Shown here: positions 36,999-51,788 of the stretch, piece by piece
Layout: the number at the start of each line of letters is the position of its first letter
Position numbering within the stretch: the first letter of the stretch is position 1
NCBI GenBank assembly: GCA_032718475.1
Contig: JAUCBJ010002727.1
Location: 32,427-96,426, forward strand
DNA length: 64,000 nucleotides
Direction: 5' to 3'
Source: Nemertoderma westbladi
Taxonomy: Eukaryota > Animalia > Xenacoelomorpha
Program-made: the position numbers and the translations under genes
The notes under the pieces: model-generated
What the model was told of the DNA's origin: nothing
The model's database searches: none
The model's input: the letters and a program-made list of their open reading frames with translations, nothing else

Positions 36999-38840
36999 AT
37001 TTGGCAGGTTAAACTGCTAAAGGTCTGAAAGCGCGTACAATAACAGATATAGCTTCTGTATTGCAGTAGGCAATAAAGCTGAAGTACCGGCCAACCGGTA
37101 CCCAGTAGGCTTGACTACCTAACCACCCGGACCGGTACCTACAGCAGTATAGGTACAGCAGTATTATTCGAATTTGATAATTATATACCGGTAGGCCTTA
37201 ATAATTAATCAGGGACGGCCGCCCTGGTTTTTTATTGAGATTTTACTTGTTTCTGTCAGGTTTTATTTATTTGTAGGTTAATATTGAGCAGAAGACGTGT
37301 AAGCCTGCTCAGATTGTACAGATAATTTGTAGGCTGGACTGTTGTCTGACTGTCGTTAAGTCTGAAGGGACTGTAGTGTGTGTAGAGTGTATGTCCGATA
37401 AAGTGCCAGTTGGGAACGTAGGGGCTTCCAGTGCTGTGAGGTAAACCCCCTCGAAAGAATAAGTCGTCCTACTCGGTTAGAACGCATACTAACTAACCAT
37501 TTCGGAGTCTGCATATACTGTAGTTTATTTAGGCTTGATAGTAGTCTGCCAGCGTTTGGTCTGTACTTTGTTTGTGTAGTCTGTACGGGTAGCGTAATAT
37601 TTCTTATTTAGATAATTTGTAGGCTGGATTGTTGTCTGGCTGTTGTTGGGTCTGAGGAGATTGCGGTGTGTGTGGAGTGTATGTCCGATAAAGTGCCAGT
37701 TGGGAACGTAGGGGCTTCCAGTGCTGTGAGGTAAACCCCCTCGAAAGAATAAGTCGTCCTACTCGGTTAGAACGCATACTAACTAACCATTTCGGAGTCT
37801 GCATATACCGTAGTTTGTTTAGGCTTGATAGTAGTCTGTCAGTATTTGGTCTGCATTTTGTTTGAGTAGTCTGTACGCGTAGCGTAATATTTATTATTCA
37901 GAGTTTATGCGATTATTCGCAACATTCATATCCCCAAGTTTATTCCTACAGTAATTGTGCTTGTTATATATACCGTTATAGTTAAATTAACCCCGGTACT
38001 ACATCAGGGCTGCTTGGCATAGGTAAAGACTGGTGATTTTGTGCCCCGGTCACTCCAGCAGATACCGTGGTTCTTTTAGCTGTTCAAGTATTTTTGACTA
38101 CTGATTATTTGTTGTATAAGTACTTGTACCTAATTTAGGGTTTAGTGTACAGTGCTTTCCGAAGGTAATTAGTGTGTAGGCAGTATATTTGTGTTGTAAA
38201 GTGGTTGATAGGCACGTTGGTTCTGGTAGACCGCGGTAATTAACTTCTAGGTAGGAACACTCTATGATACATAATGTAGTACTTATAGCGATATGGCTAT
38301 AAGTCGTCAGACGGTGGTATTTTTCCTATCTGGACAACGCAGTATATTTACTACTACTTATTATTTTCAAATACCGTAGTACCCTGTTCATTGTAATAAC
38401 CAGATATTCTAACCCTTTGTTAGGCTGGTTTGTAGACTTCTTGTAAAATTACCCTAAAAATTCGTACGTGTAATTTTTGTGTTTATTTAGAGATTGTAAT
38501 CTCACACCGAATTGTACGTAATTTGTAGTATTAAGTAACTTAGGTAAATTAGAATTATTTGTTTTAGTGTCCAACAAGTAGCACTCCACTGAGAGCGCAC
38601 AGCTTCTGTGTAGTGACTCCCCCCAGAAATAATAACATTTATTTCAAATATTGACAAAAACCCATTAAACGGGTATATATATTATAAATCAACTCAAACG
38701 ATTTATAAATAGTAAGCCTGCCATACAACAATTAGGTCTCAATGTCAGTTGGACTACTGTTTAAATAACGGTAATAAAGTAAAGTAAAGTAACCAAGTAA
38801 CCCCTAAAATTCAGAAATTCAATTATTTAAAATAATTGAC

Positions 38841-39207
38841 ATACCGGTATTTACAATAGGCTTATTATATTTATTTCTATAAATTTAGGCTGAAATTATA
38901 CCGGTATTCTGTAATTAATTCTAGTCCATAATTATACTTATATATATTATAAGTGTAAGCTGTATACCGGTATTCACGATAGGCCTATTATATGTTTATA
39001 AATTTAGGCTGAAATTATACCGGTATTCTGTAATTAATTCTAGTTCATAATTATACTTATATATACTATAAGTGTAGGCTGCATACCGGTATTCATGATA
39101 GGCCTATTATATATTTATATATATTTGTGCTGAAATTACATACCGGTATTCTGTAACAAACCTAGTCTGTAATAATACTTATATATATACTATAAGCATA
39201 CCGGTAT
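38841..39207. repeat. ATACCGGTAT palindrome array (7 copies) upstream of gag in C
   Basis: Copies at about 38841, 38898, 38964, 39017, 39083, 39140 and 39198; one more ~119-bp unit than B. Confidence 0.88.
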
Positions 39208-39343
39208 TCTAATATATTATATATATATTACGCTACACTGAGTAGCAGTATCGGTAATTAATTACTAGGCTAACAGTGATACTGAATTACTAGACTTGCT
39301 TAAACTGTAATAGAGCAGTAGGCATTCAACTGTACAAACAAAC

Positions 39344-42300
39344 ATGTCTGACACAAAGCAAAACCTGTCAGACAGTCTCCTAGATACAACCATCTGTGAC
39401 CCAGACATGAGTGTGGAACGTGAGAGACCGAAGTTCAATTCACCTCCTACTGTAAGAAAGATCATCCCTCCAGTAGTAGTATCAGACCCTAGGCTAGTCC
39501 AACACCGTAGGTCTGTCATAGGCACTAGAGCTCAGGTCAAGCGGGACCAAGAAGCAGCGGAACAGCAACCACCCGCGAGCCGAGAACTTATTTCTCAGCG
39601 GCCCGACAGCTCCAGTAGTGCAGATACTGTAGAGCTGACACCCGAGCACGGAGCAAAGATGACAGATGCGGTTTATTCGGACCCCCTTCTCATCCTTCCT
39701 GCAGCCGTACTCACTAGGTTATTGATTGCGGTGGAGGAACACCAGATTGATTGGGCGAGAAGTAAGCGATCTACTAAGGATAGTTATGCGGGATACTCAA
39801 GGGAAGAACTGAAGTCTATTGTCGAGTCGCAATGGAACTTCCCCGGACCCGGACTCCCGTTTGATTTATCTGAAGCTGCCTGGGAAGACATACACAGGAT
39901 GGGAGTAACCAAGGAAACCATCGATCCAGCTGTGTGGAAGAGGTCCGCAGCTGGATACGTACAGGGATTCTTCAGCTCCATGGAGCGATTAGAAGAACAA
40001 TTGTTTGGACAACCACAAGGACCTCAAGAGCAATGAGATCTGCTTTATCAAGTTCGAGAAAGAATTCTAAGAATCAGACTAATCCTATCGGCCTTTGAGG
40101 AGGCTTCGAAAAGAAGACAAGACACGTCGTTGCAAGTTGCCGTAAAGACTTGGTTACAGCGGGTGAGTCTCCAAGTTCAAAGAACTGCCCCGTGGAAATC
40201 TCAGTTATCTGAGCGCTCAACCCATGAAGAATCCACAGACGCTACATTTTCCCAAGTGGAAAGTGAAGCGACGGTTGAGAAACCGCATAAGAGGGATGCT
40301 ATTGATATCTATCTGTCGGACTATCAACGTTTTGTAGGAGATGAAGAGTTGAGGAGAAGGTTAGATGGACTTAGCCCTAACAGTGAAGGAGCCAAGCTTG
40401 TGTTGGACGCAATCGATGTGGATATGAGAGCTGCGAACCAAGCTAAATTTGATGAACGCCTCCGCATCACTAGGGTCCAAGAAGAACAAGTAAAGAAAAA
40501 ACGTATAGAAGACAGAAAGACAGCGGCAGTGGCAGCAGCAGTGGCAGCGGCAGAAGCGGAAAGAAAAGCGGCAGCGGCAGCGGCAGCAGCAGCAGCAGAG
40601 GCAGAAGCGGAAAGAAAAGCGGCAGCAGCAGAAGCGGAAAGAAAAGCGGCAGTGGCAGCGGCAGTGGCCGAAGCGGAAAGAAAGGCGGCAGTGGTAGCGG
40701 CCGAAGCGGAAAGAAAGGCGGCAGTGGCAGCGGCAGAGGCAGTGGCAGAAGCAGAACGGAGAGCTTCTGAAGAAACCACCCAACTAGAATTGGAAAACAT
40801 TCAGGAGAATCAAGACTGCATAAATAAACAGTTAACAGCTAGTCAAATGCAGATGATGAGTAGATCAACTCCCAAAAGACAGGGATATACATCATCTGAG
40901 GAAGGCGATACCACCGATCCTGAAGGCGGAGGAAATAGATCTCGTCTAAGCAGACGTAGAAGAATGTCCCACCGTCAGAAATTGGCTGATTTGCCCCCAG
41001 CTGTTTGAAGGCAACTAGCTAGCACAGACTTAGGTAGTACAGAACCCACAGACCAAATAATTAACATAGAAAGACTCCCTACTATAGTAGATGAGCCTGA
41101 AATAAGTAGGCCTGTTCTCGAAGCCACCCCTTCAGTGATAGAGACACCTGTACTCCCAGAACCTACCTCTAAATTCCCTTTGCATAGCACTAAACTACCT
41201 GTGCCCAGCAGAACAGCCCATGAGACAGTTCCTGTTCTGGACTCCGAGCGAAATATCAATGATTTGTCGCCCGTTGTCCCCCGTCCACCCGCTACTACGT
41301 TGGCGACTCCCGCTTCGGCCGTCGAGTGGGTGGATGAGAGACGGCGGGGGATGGATCTCCTGCTCGGGCAGATGCAGGAGACTGTTAAGCAGTTCAAGGG
41401 CACAGTAAGGGAAAGTAGGTTAGAGTTGCAAGAAGTGCAGCAAAGTATCGCGTTAGAACGCGATAAATTAGTAAATACACAAAAGGGTATACTACCACCC
41501 CCTGTAACAATGTGTCAACCTGTTAGGTCTGAAGTATTTCATGCACAAGGTGTAGAGCCTACACGCATCTATACTGCTAGCGAAGTGGAAACTCCTATAG
41601 TAAACCCTATTAAGGGTAATTATAAACCTGTTGACAATGATATCCCATATAGACTTGATAATAATCCGAGAAATTTATATACCGATAACTCGATATTAAA
41701 TAACACGATGGCCCAAGAAAGTTTTACGCGTCAAATGGCTAGAACCGAAGCCCGTCAAGCGGTAAAGGTGGGAGAGATCGTCAAGTTCAATGGAGATGAG
41801 ATGAAATGGTTACCTTTTAATGAATATTACAAAGATAACATACAGAACTCTGTGCTATCTAACGGAGAGAAACTTAGATTCCTCATCGAGTGCTTGGAAG
41901 GATCTCCCAAGTTAATGGCGTTAAAGTTTATTGGACATCCCGATGGATTAAGACAAGTTTGGGATACCCTAAACATCAGGTATGGTAATAGGAATAACAT
42001 AGCTAGGTATTTGTATGCAAAATTGGTAGCGCCCCGAAAGTTCATTAGCAGCGGGATAATAGAGTTTTCCGATGAGATTCAAGAGATCTGTAGACAATTA
42101 GATTGGCTAGGTAAGTCTCATGAATATCAGAGTTCTATGGTTATTGGAGCTGTGGCCTCTACTTTACCGAAGGGTGGAGTAGGTACACGCTGGGATAAGA
42201 AAGTGTTATATATGATGGAACAACAACGACGAGACCCTACCATGGCTGATCTCATGTCATTCTTAGATGGAGAAGTGAAATTACAGCTCCTAAAACAGTC

Positions 42301-45300
42301 CAGAGAGAAGACACCGGAAAACAAGGTAAGTGAGAAACCCGTTTCTAGGAGAAAAGTAACACCAGTGTGTTATACCGACGACGGCGAAAGCCAGGCTTCT
42401 CAAGGAGAGGACAGCGGGAAAGACACTGAAAGATCTTATTATGTCAACAAAACGCCCAAAGACGTAAGTAAATTCAGGTCTCGAACCACTGACAGGAGAG
42501 AACAGGTAAGAAAAACCCCTCCTACGTCTCCTAAGAGAATTCAGGTAAGAAAGCCCGAAGAAAGAACGAGTGTGCACAACGTTACTCAAAATAAGGTAAG
42601 TAACATCAAACCGAAATGTGCGCTGTGTGACGGGCCCCACCGTTTGAATGTGTGTGATGAATTCCTAAAGAAATCATTAACAGATAGACGGGAAGTCATG
42701 TGGGATAAGCGGTTGTGTTATAATTGCTTCAGACAAGGACACCAACGGCGAACCTGTTACTCCGACGCAAGGTGTGCAAAGTGCGGTGCGAAACATCATA
42801 TCTTGTTGCACACTGAATTCGAGCGAAACAGCCCGAGTCAGGTAAGGGAGTCTGAACTGCATGTCCAATTCAGTGATGTGAACGACACTGACCAAAGTTC
42901 TGAGATGGAAGGATTCTATACGGACGAATTCTCCGACAAAGACGAATCCTGTTACATGATAAATACCGCAGTGTATCGAGCACTTACGTATGAAAAAGAC
43001 ACAGACAGCGACCTCACCCTAACTACTTCTGATCGACAACCATCTTGGAAAGCGCCAACTTCCAATGTAGGAATCCGAGAATTTCCTGTAGTACAGTTAA
43101 GGGTCCACGGACCTAAAAGGAGTTATATAGTGAACGCCCTTCTTGACTCCGGTAGTACAGGAACATTCATCGACAAAGAACTAGCCGAAGACATCTTTGC
43201 TGGACAACCCAAGTTCCGAACTAAGCTAAACATGTCAGGAATTATGCAGGTTTGGAAATCTACAGTAATGGCGGATTATTATGTAGGTGCGTTGTCCACC
43301 CCCCAGGATGAACTAGGAGAACATAGTATAAGGTCAGTAAAAATGGTGGCGATAAAGAACTTCGCTACCAGCCAAGTGGAACCTTATAACTGGGATGAGG
43401 ACGATTTCACCCAGCAGCTTGAAATACCTAGATTCAACACCGATTACCCTGGAGTGCAAATTCTCATCGGTCAAAACGCGCATGAAGCGCTCGAGACATT
43501 GGAGAAACGGCCTGCTCAACCGCAACCACTACAAGCTTATGCGGGAAGAACTAGAGTGGGTTGGTACTTTACTGGCCCTTCCCGTAGAACTCTCATGGAA
43601 AGATTACCGAAAGATCAGGTATATCAAGTAAGAGAATGGGAAGTTGAGAGCAGTGAGTTAGACGATCCAACTGAGGGAACACCATACTCCTCAGATAATG
43701 ATGATGTCCACCAACTCTTCGACGAGGAGAATACCATTGATCTCCTTAAGGAAAACGAGACTTGGCAAAACCAAGTGAACTTATGTCAGCTCCTTCGTCC
43801 ATCAGAACGAGACGACTATAACGACGAACTTAAGACGTCATTGAACATTATAATGCCAAGACTCGGGATGAACACGCCGTATGATTCTTTACTCAAGAGG
43901 CTGTAGAGCCCAATTCCTACGATAAGGCCCTATCGGTAGAAGAAGAAAGAGCCAAGCAGATCCAAGAGACAACTACACGTTTTCTTAAAGATCAAGGTAG
44001 ATATGAAATCGGTCTAACTTTCCGAAAGCGAGAACCAAAGTTCATAAACAACAGACCCTTGGCGGAGAAAAGAATTGCTCAACTACATCGACGCCTTACG
44101 GCAAATTCTTCAGCTAAAGAAATGTATCAAACACAGTTGAAGAAATTTATTAGCAAGGGATATGCGGAGCGAGTACCAGAAGAAACACCTATAACTGAGA
44201 GAACGTATTATTTAACTCACCATTACGTTCCCAAACCCGGTAAACCCCATGAGGTACGAGTGGTGTTTGACGGCTCCACCCTCTACATGGGCCAATCCCT
44301 TAATTCCGAATTGTTACCCGGACCCAACTTACTCCAATCCTTGTTGGGAATACTCTTAAGATTAAGACAATATTCAATCGCTTTCGCCTCAGATATAGAA
44401 GGCATGTTCTTACAAGTCAAGGCGCTGGATAGGGATCGAGATAGCCTACGATTTCTGTGGTGGCCTGAAGGAGACCTCAACCAGAAACCGGTGGAGTACT
44501 GGATGACCATCCAGGCTTTTGGGATAATCTCAAGCCCTTCAAACGCCTGTTCAGTGGTGCGCACCACTGCGGATGACAACCGAGAAGCCTTCTCTAAAGA
44601 GGTGATTGACAACATCAAACGGGATATATACATGGACGACAACCTAAAGTCCCTTCCATCAGTCAAAGAAGCCATTGATGTCGCTAAAGGAACGGTAGAG
44701 TGCTTAAAAAGAGGTGGATTTCGATTAACTAAATTCACCAGCAACTCCCGTGAGTTTCTGGAGTCGATCCCGGTAGAAGATCGAGGAGCGAAAGACCTAG
44801 ATCTAATCAAAGATTATCTTCCAGAAACCAAGACACTTGGTTTGAAATGGGACACAGAGAGAGATATCCTGTTTTTCCAGCTAAAACAGCGAGATAATTA
44901 TTTCGATCCATTGGGATTTATTAGCCCAGTTATATTGATTGCTCGGAGTTTAGTACAACAAATGTGGCTTGAAAACCACTCATGGGACGATCCACTTAAG
45001 GGAGAATTATTAAAGAAGTGGATGAAATGGGAAGATTCTCTACCAGCCATCGAGAACTTTATAATTTCCCGTTCATATTTTGGTCATGTTCTCCCTACGT
45101 ATTCCTATCAACTCCATGTGTTTGGAGTCGCCAGCGATATGGGAATAGGTATAGTAGCCTACCTAAGAGTGGAAACTCTGGATGGAATCAAAGTCGCCTT
45201 GGTTACTTCTAAGGCATTGATAAACAACAAGTTGAAAGTTCCTCGAGCGGAGTTAAAAGCGGCTCTATACGCTACAGCCATCGGCCGGAATGTAACAGAA

Positions 45301-47393
45301 CAGATCGACTATCCACTGGAGAAAACTGTCTATTGGACCGATGCTTTACTCGTGTTGGAGTATATAACCAATGAAGTTTGTCAGTTCAGCGTCTTCGTTA
45401 CCAACAGAGTAGCTATTATACTCAGTCGCACGACGATGGATCAATGGAGACATTGCCCCGGAACGATTAATCCAGCAGACATCGCCTCCAGGGGAGCAAC
45501 TCTACAAGAACTGGTAGATACTCCAGACTGGTTATGTGGACCCGACTTCCTCTACAAAGAAGAAGAAGAATGGCCTCCTCATCTTACTACAGCAGAGATT
45601 AGACAGGCCAAGGGAGCGGAGAAAGTCAAACCTAAAACTCGGGCGAGTAAATCGAAGTTATTTAAACCTATGGTAGATCTGTCTGTACTACATACTTCCG
45701 GAGACGACGCTTTGGATCAGAAACCCACAGCCACAAATAAGTCTGTAGTGGAAATCCGTGAGAAGGATTGGAAATCTGGAATACCAGACGTCTCGCAAGG
45801 ACTCTCACCTCTCCTGCAGAGAGCGATACATCACTACAGTTCCTGGAATCGGCTCTGTAAGGCCGTCACATATTTAAAACGATGTTTTCATCATCACTAC
45901 TCCGGGACGAAGACCAATAGTGATACCGTTCCACTAACATCGGTGCAGGTCCATGTTGTTAAAGATCTTCCCAAATATAAGATATCCGACAGGTTTCTGA
46001 AGGAGAAGATCAGTTATCAGGAGCATGAAGAAACCAACAAGCAGATGCTGAGACTCCTGCAATGCTATGAGGATTCCGATAAGTATTTCCTGTTGTTGAG
46101 AAATCCACAGATGCGCTTAAGGGATCGTTTCTCTAGCACAATGATAGATGGGTTGATACGTGTTGGAGGAAGATTAACGAATGCTCCATTATCCTTTGAC
46201 ACTAAGTTCCCCATACTCATTAGAAATCTTGAAATACAAGTCAAGATGATTGTAGATGTTCACAGCAAACTTTATCATGCTGGTAGAGAACGAGTTCTTA
46301 GCGAAATTCGAACTCGCTATTATTTTTATAAACCCCGTAGAGCTCTGAACCAAGTTCTTAGGAACTGCATACCCTGTAGGAAAGCATTCAGTAGGCCTTT
46401 AACACAGCGAGAGGCAGAATTACCTAGGGAACGAGTAAGCTTCTATGAACCACCCTTTACTAATACTGGTGTAGATTTATTTGGCCCTATTGAAGTATAT
46501 CGTGCTAGGACTATAGTCAAGGTGTGTAATCAATGGTGTGTAATCTTTGTTTGTATGACTTGTAGAGCTATCCATCTCGATATGGTGAACGATTTATCTA
46601 CCAACAGCTTCCTATTAAGCTTACGACGACAGATCGCTCGCTTTGGAACTAGTAACACGATGAGATCTGATAAGGGAACGAACTTCATTGGTGCCAACAA
46701 TGAAATCAAAGCTTACGTCAAAGATTGGAACCAAAGACAGGTGGACGATCAGCTAAGGGTAACAGCATCTAGCTGGACCTTCAACGCCGCCGACGCCCCT
46801 TGGTGGGGAGGAAGTTAATGGAGGAAATCGCCGCCTATCTCAACGAGAGACCGCTTATGCCAGTCTCATCGTGTCCCGATTCCCTGGAAGCGCTAACACC
46901 CGCGCACTTCCTACTGAAGAAACCTGTAGCCATGCTCCCACAATCGGAAATCACAGACGGAGACGAATACTGCCGGCAAACTTGGCAACTTATGCAGTTG
47001 TTATCCCGTCGTTTCGCTGACCATTTCGAAAAACATTATCTGCCCACGCTACAACTTCGAACTAAGTGGTTTGCGCAGCAAGAAAACGTCAGCGCTGGAG
47101 ACATGGTCCTTATTGTGGATTCAGATCTTCCATGTAAGCGGTGGCAGACAGGTCGTATCATCGAGACTCACATCTCGGATGACGGTTTGGTGCGATCGGT
47201 AGAACTCGTCATCATGCGACGTAACTTCAAGAAACCGGGAATTGTCTTCGAGACACAGCAGCTCAATCGCCCAGTTGGTCGTTTATGTTAACTGGAAAGA
47301 GACAGAGAACTCTCCGGAAACTATGGAAGACAAGATACTCTTCCCACGACCACCTCCCTAATCCAACAAACATCTAGGGACTCCCCAGCTTAG
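39344..47393 (+). pseudogene. BEL/Pao Gag-Pol of copy C, disrupted
   Basis: Same motifs as B. TGA at 40034 and 41006; 1-bp deletion near 43833; in-frame deletion near 44897; a deletion near 46815 removes the integrase catalytic Glu segment (WERLI). Confidence 0.95.
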
Positions 47394-49024
47394 TAGCGTA
47401 TGGAGTGGGTGTGTGACCATATTATTTTATATTCTTATCATTTTATATTTATGTATGTATTATTATGTAATTTTATTATAATCGTTTTCTTTAATTTTAT
47501 TTAGTAGAATGTTATTTTAGCGATTATTTAGTAGATTAGTGCAATATATATTCGCGTTTATTACTTAATTACTTATATATTATATATTTAGTGCGACGGC
47601 AAGAAATCATTCTTTTTCTCTTTCCTTACTGTCCGTATTACATTACAAATACGTAACTACAGTAAGATGAAATGTCCGTACTTATTAAAGTACAATAAAG
47701 CTCCTACTATATTCAAGTATTATTGGTAGGCAGAGTATTAGGAATGCAAAATTCAGATCCTCGTGTCTCGGCTAAACCAAGCTCTGGGTAGACCTTGGAA
47801 ACGACTTGCCTCTTCTCACTGACATTGCTTCGTGCGATATTGCTCTCATACCGTATATTAAATAATACATATAGTAGCGTGATGTCCCTTTAACAGTAGC
47901 GTACAACGCAAATAAATCTGTTAAACCCTTTGACCAGCTGTAATTCTAGTCGATTAAGATATCGCGGCACCCACCGATATACTTGAAAGACAAAATTCTA
48001 GAATCAGTGGTTAACGTCCCCAGACAAGTTCTGGAATAAACTGGTGCCCATCTTAAATATTAATTTTTAATATTTATAAAATCAGTCAAAATTTAGATCC
48101 TTTAAAATTCTAGTCAATTAAGATATCGTAGCACTTACCGATACTCTTAAAAAGACAAAATTCCTAGAATCAAGGATCCCAGTCCCCAGACATGTTCTGG
48201 AATAAAATTGTGTCTATTTAATATTAAATAATAAAATTTACGGGAATAAATTTAAATTCATATATTAATGAATTTGATAAATTGTCATTTTTATACAATT
48301 TATAACATTCCCAAAATTCCATAAATTAATAGATCATGGGAACGGAGATTCACCCTATTAAGTATATTCGTGTGCGAGAATCTCCAATATATAGTCAATA
48401 GCCGATAAAATTCATAAAATCATGTATAGAGAGGATATTGACCATTAAAGAATTACTATTAAATAGCATCCCAGATCTGTATGCATGGGAATTACCCTAA
48501 TTCTACCGCTAGCTTTCCATAATGTCACCATGGCGACAACCACGCTAGAATTAGAAGTGAGTTAAAAGAACAATAGAAAGCTTGCCCATTGAATAGCATA
48601 AGGAATAAATAGCACACTGCTAGTATCCAAGGATACCCAATAATAACGTGGCATTCTGGAAGGCACTGACTAACAGACAAATGGCCCGAATGTGTGCGGT
48701 TTGTGACAGTTGCGTGGAATTTGTGTGTTTATAGGTGAATGTTACTACTAAAGTGTGTTTACAGTAGCGAGTCGCAATTGTGAAAGTAACCCTAACTCTC
48801 CAGTAAGAACCTGAAGTAAATCTGAGCCTTTGGGACGGATGGTGGAGTGACTCGCGCTGGTTGTTGTGGTCGTTGTGCAGCTACGACGTTGGCGATAGGC
48901 ACATCGGCGAAAGTACACCAGCGCTGAGGATCTTGCGCTGTCCGGGGGCCGAGAGGGGTAGGCAGCGACGCCCGCTAGCCTAAATATAAACTCATTATAA
49001 TATTGATAAACTCATATAGCAGAT

Positions 49025-50359
49025 ATGACTGAGTTGATAGAAGATGATCTTGGTATCAGGGAGCGATATATTCTACCTTTACAAGCGTTTGTTGATAGCT
49101 TGATACGCGGCGACGCTGGTCCAACTACTCCGGAGGACGATGGTCGTTATATCGAACCGCCGATGTCCCAGGAGCAACTTACGTGTAAATTGGACTATAG
49201 AAAATTCAATGCTCGCTATACGCATTGTAATGGTACGTATATGGACTTCTTAACTACTGGCCATCCTATCGATTTACACGATACGGACGATATCGACACC
49301 GAAAGGGAAATGGTCCTGTTTAAATATCATACCCAGCGGAGTCGGAACGATAAATTAAGAATCGAATACAAAAATTCTATTCGAAATTGACTCGAAAGAG
49401 AAGATGTTAAAGAACCGGATAAACGCGGTAACTCCAACGTATATTTGGAATTCTTGAGAGAAACATTATAAAACCGAATAAATATCACCCGCGTTTCCCC
49501 TACAAGACGTGCGTCTTTGGTATTATTGCGATGAATGCCCAAGACCCAACCAACAAACGGAAAGACATAAACATCCGCGGAGACGTTGCTTTAAACACGG
49601 TTTTACTCACTATATTTACGGGAGTTTCGAGCGAAACTTGTTCGATGTATCATCTACGCTCGCTCGATTCAAACGATCCTTAAATAAACCTATGATCAGA
49701 GTTCCGGAATACTCGGTCAGACCTCCTCATTCCCTAGTTAGACCTCAGACTCTTGATCCTAATAGTATCACGGATCCTCCCGAACTGTACTCACTGTTCA
49801 AAGATCTAGTGTTACCCGAACAGTTAGTCGGTGGCACTCCAGTTGTGGGCTCCCTAAATATTCGCCCATCTTACCTAGTTGGATTGGGACGCGGACATCT
49901 AATATCGCCATTCAACCGTATCATCGTCCCTGTTTAACCCGATATAACCTGTCACCGAGGCGGAGGAAAGAGTTATACGAAACGCGTTAGACACTATTCG
50001 TCAAAAGATCGGAAAATGAACCTACAATTGTTTAGAGAAACATAAATTACAGTAGCAAGTCCAAGCGGTAAACGAATTAACTTTATCTCAGTTCGATCAG
50101 GAAATTCAGAATCTCTAAGAAGATATCGAACTTGGACGACCCTATTCTCTGCAAGAGTTTTGGACGAACGCATCCAACGATAAGCGGAGGAAAATCAGCT
50201 TGAGGAGAAGCATATCGAAATGGACGAGACATCGACCGTAACCCTAAACCTTCAGATGCAATTGTATTGCACCCTTTACCCAGGAGTTATGGCCCTCCTA
50301 GTAAAGTGGCTCGCCCCAAAGAGAAAAGGACTCTTGCTAGCCTCCAAAAAACTGCGTAA
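49025..50359 (+). pseudogene. Accessory ORF2 of copy C, decayed, with a central segment different from B
   Basis: MTELIEDD start; TGA at 49388; continuation LEREDVKEPDK.. and ORF 49509-49937 (YYCDECP...). The 3' end from ~50235 matches the B ORF2 C-terminus and stop (ACTGCGTAA). Confidence 0.72.
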
Positions 50360-50462
50360 ACGCCGTCCGCGCAAGAAAAACTAACTGTTTAGAGTATTTT
50401 TATATTTTAGAAACTGTGATTTTTTATATTTTATAGACTAAAATCCCATTTTCTGGGAGCGG

Positions 50463-51623
50463 TGTAAAAGCTTTTGCGGAATTAGCCGGTTATTTTCCCC
50501 GTAAAGTACTCTGTAGTTGGTTTAACAGGCATAAAAAGCCGTATCCTTACTGTACTGGTGTTTTAGGGGACATAAAAAGCCATTTCTTCTGTATGTGTAC
50601 TTTAGCGGACATAATTAGCAATTCTATGACGCAATACGCTAGATCCTCTTGAAACAGTGTAGTTACTATGACGACAGCTAACAGCTGAGCTGTACACGTG
50701 TAGCTTTTCCTTGTTCTCTGGTGTTTCTTTGTTCGGTCAACCAATCAGAGCGATTCTCATGCTTTTTGTACAGAAACCTCCAGGAAATCGCGCAATGCAT
50801 TATGGGTCAATGTTTACATTTTGTCCTGAGCCTAGAAGACCGGCTTCGGAATCTCTGTGTTTTTCAGTCTTTAGCCCAACATTAGTAGGCTTAATTATAG
50901 AACGTATATCTGTTATCAAACCAAACTTAACAAACCATATCAAACTAATCTCATCTCACAACTCACTCACCTAATCATATTGTCAACTACAAACACCGCA
51001 TTTTTACTGCTATTTACTGTCGGTTATTCATTATATCTGTTGATGGAATATTATTATATTGGAGAATATCAATCAATAATCAGACACCCCAATCTTCTTG
51101 ATATACTGAAGGTTAGAGAGACCGGTTACATATAACGATTGCGACTTACATTAAAGTGGTTTTGAAGTGAATCTAATGCTATTTCATAGGCCCTACATGT
51201 ATTGTTTGTTGTTCTCTTTATATGTGGCTAAAATTAGTGAAGGTCGGCAGATCGGTGTGCAGCATTGTGTATGATTGTGACTGATAACAAAGCATCTCCT
51301 AAAGAATGCGCCATATACGTGAATCTATAGCCATCCCGTTGTGTCTAGTTTAAGTCATAACTCTGTTTACATATTTAGAGCGCCACGTCCTAAAGGAACT
51401 GTTAATATTTCCCGAAAGTGAATAATATTTGTCAGAGATTATATATATTACGATCAGTCGAATAATACAGTAGGCCTACACCGCAATAAGATTAAGCTTC
51501 CGAATCCAGTCTCCCGGGTATATCCAGCGGGTGAATGGTCGCGCATAGACTGGCTTCGGCTAATGTAGTGTATCAAATACTCGTCATAGGCTAAAGTCGA
51601 TTTATTATCTAGAAGACATCCCA
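50463..51623 (+). repeat. 3' LTR of copy C (1161 bp)
   Basis: Direct repeat of 35828-36998, preceded by GGGAGCGG. Confidence 0.95.
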
Positions 51624-51788
51624 AAAGTATGCCATATCAATAGCATTATAAGTCTTACTAAATCGACTACTACTAGAATACGACCATGCCATAACGTAGA
51701 TGGAAATTTAGTAATACTACGCAGTACGCAGTATAATAAAACTGAACAATTATATCAATTAAACAAGTAGCTATAAACCACAACCTAC

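Larger units (their letters stand above)
35828..51623 (+). mobile_element. BEL/Pao LTR retrotransposon copy C, 15.8 kb
   Basis: LTRs at 35828-36998 and 50463-51623 (TG...CA); colinear with B. Confidence 0.96.
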
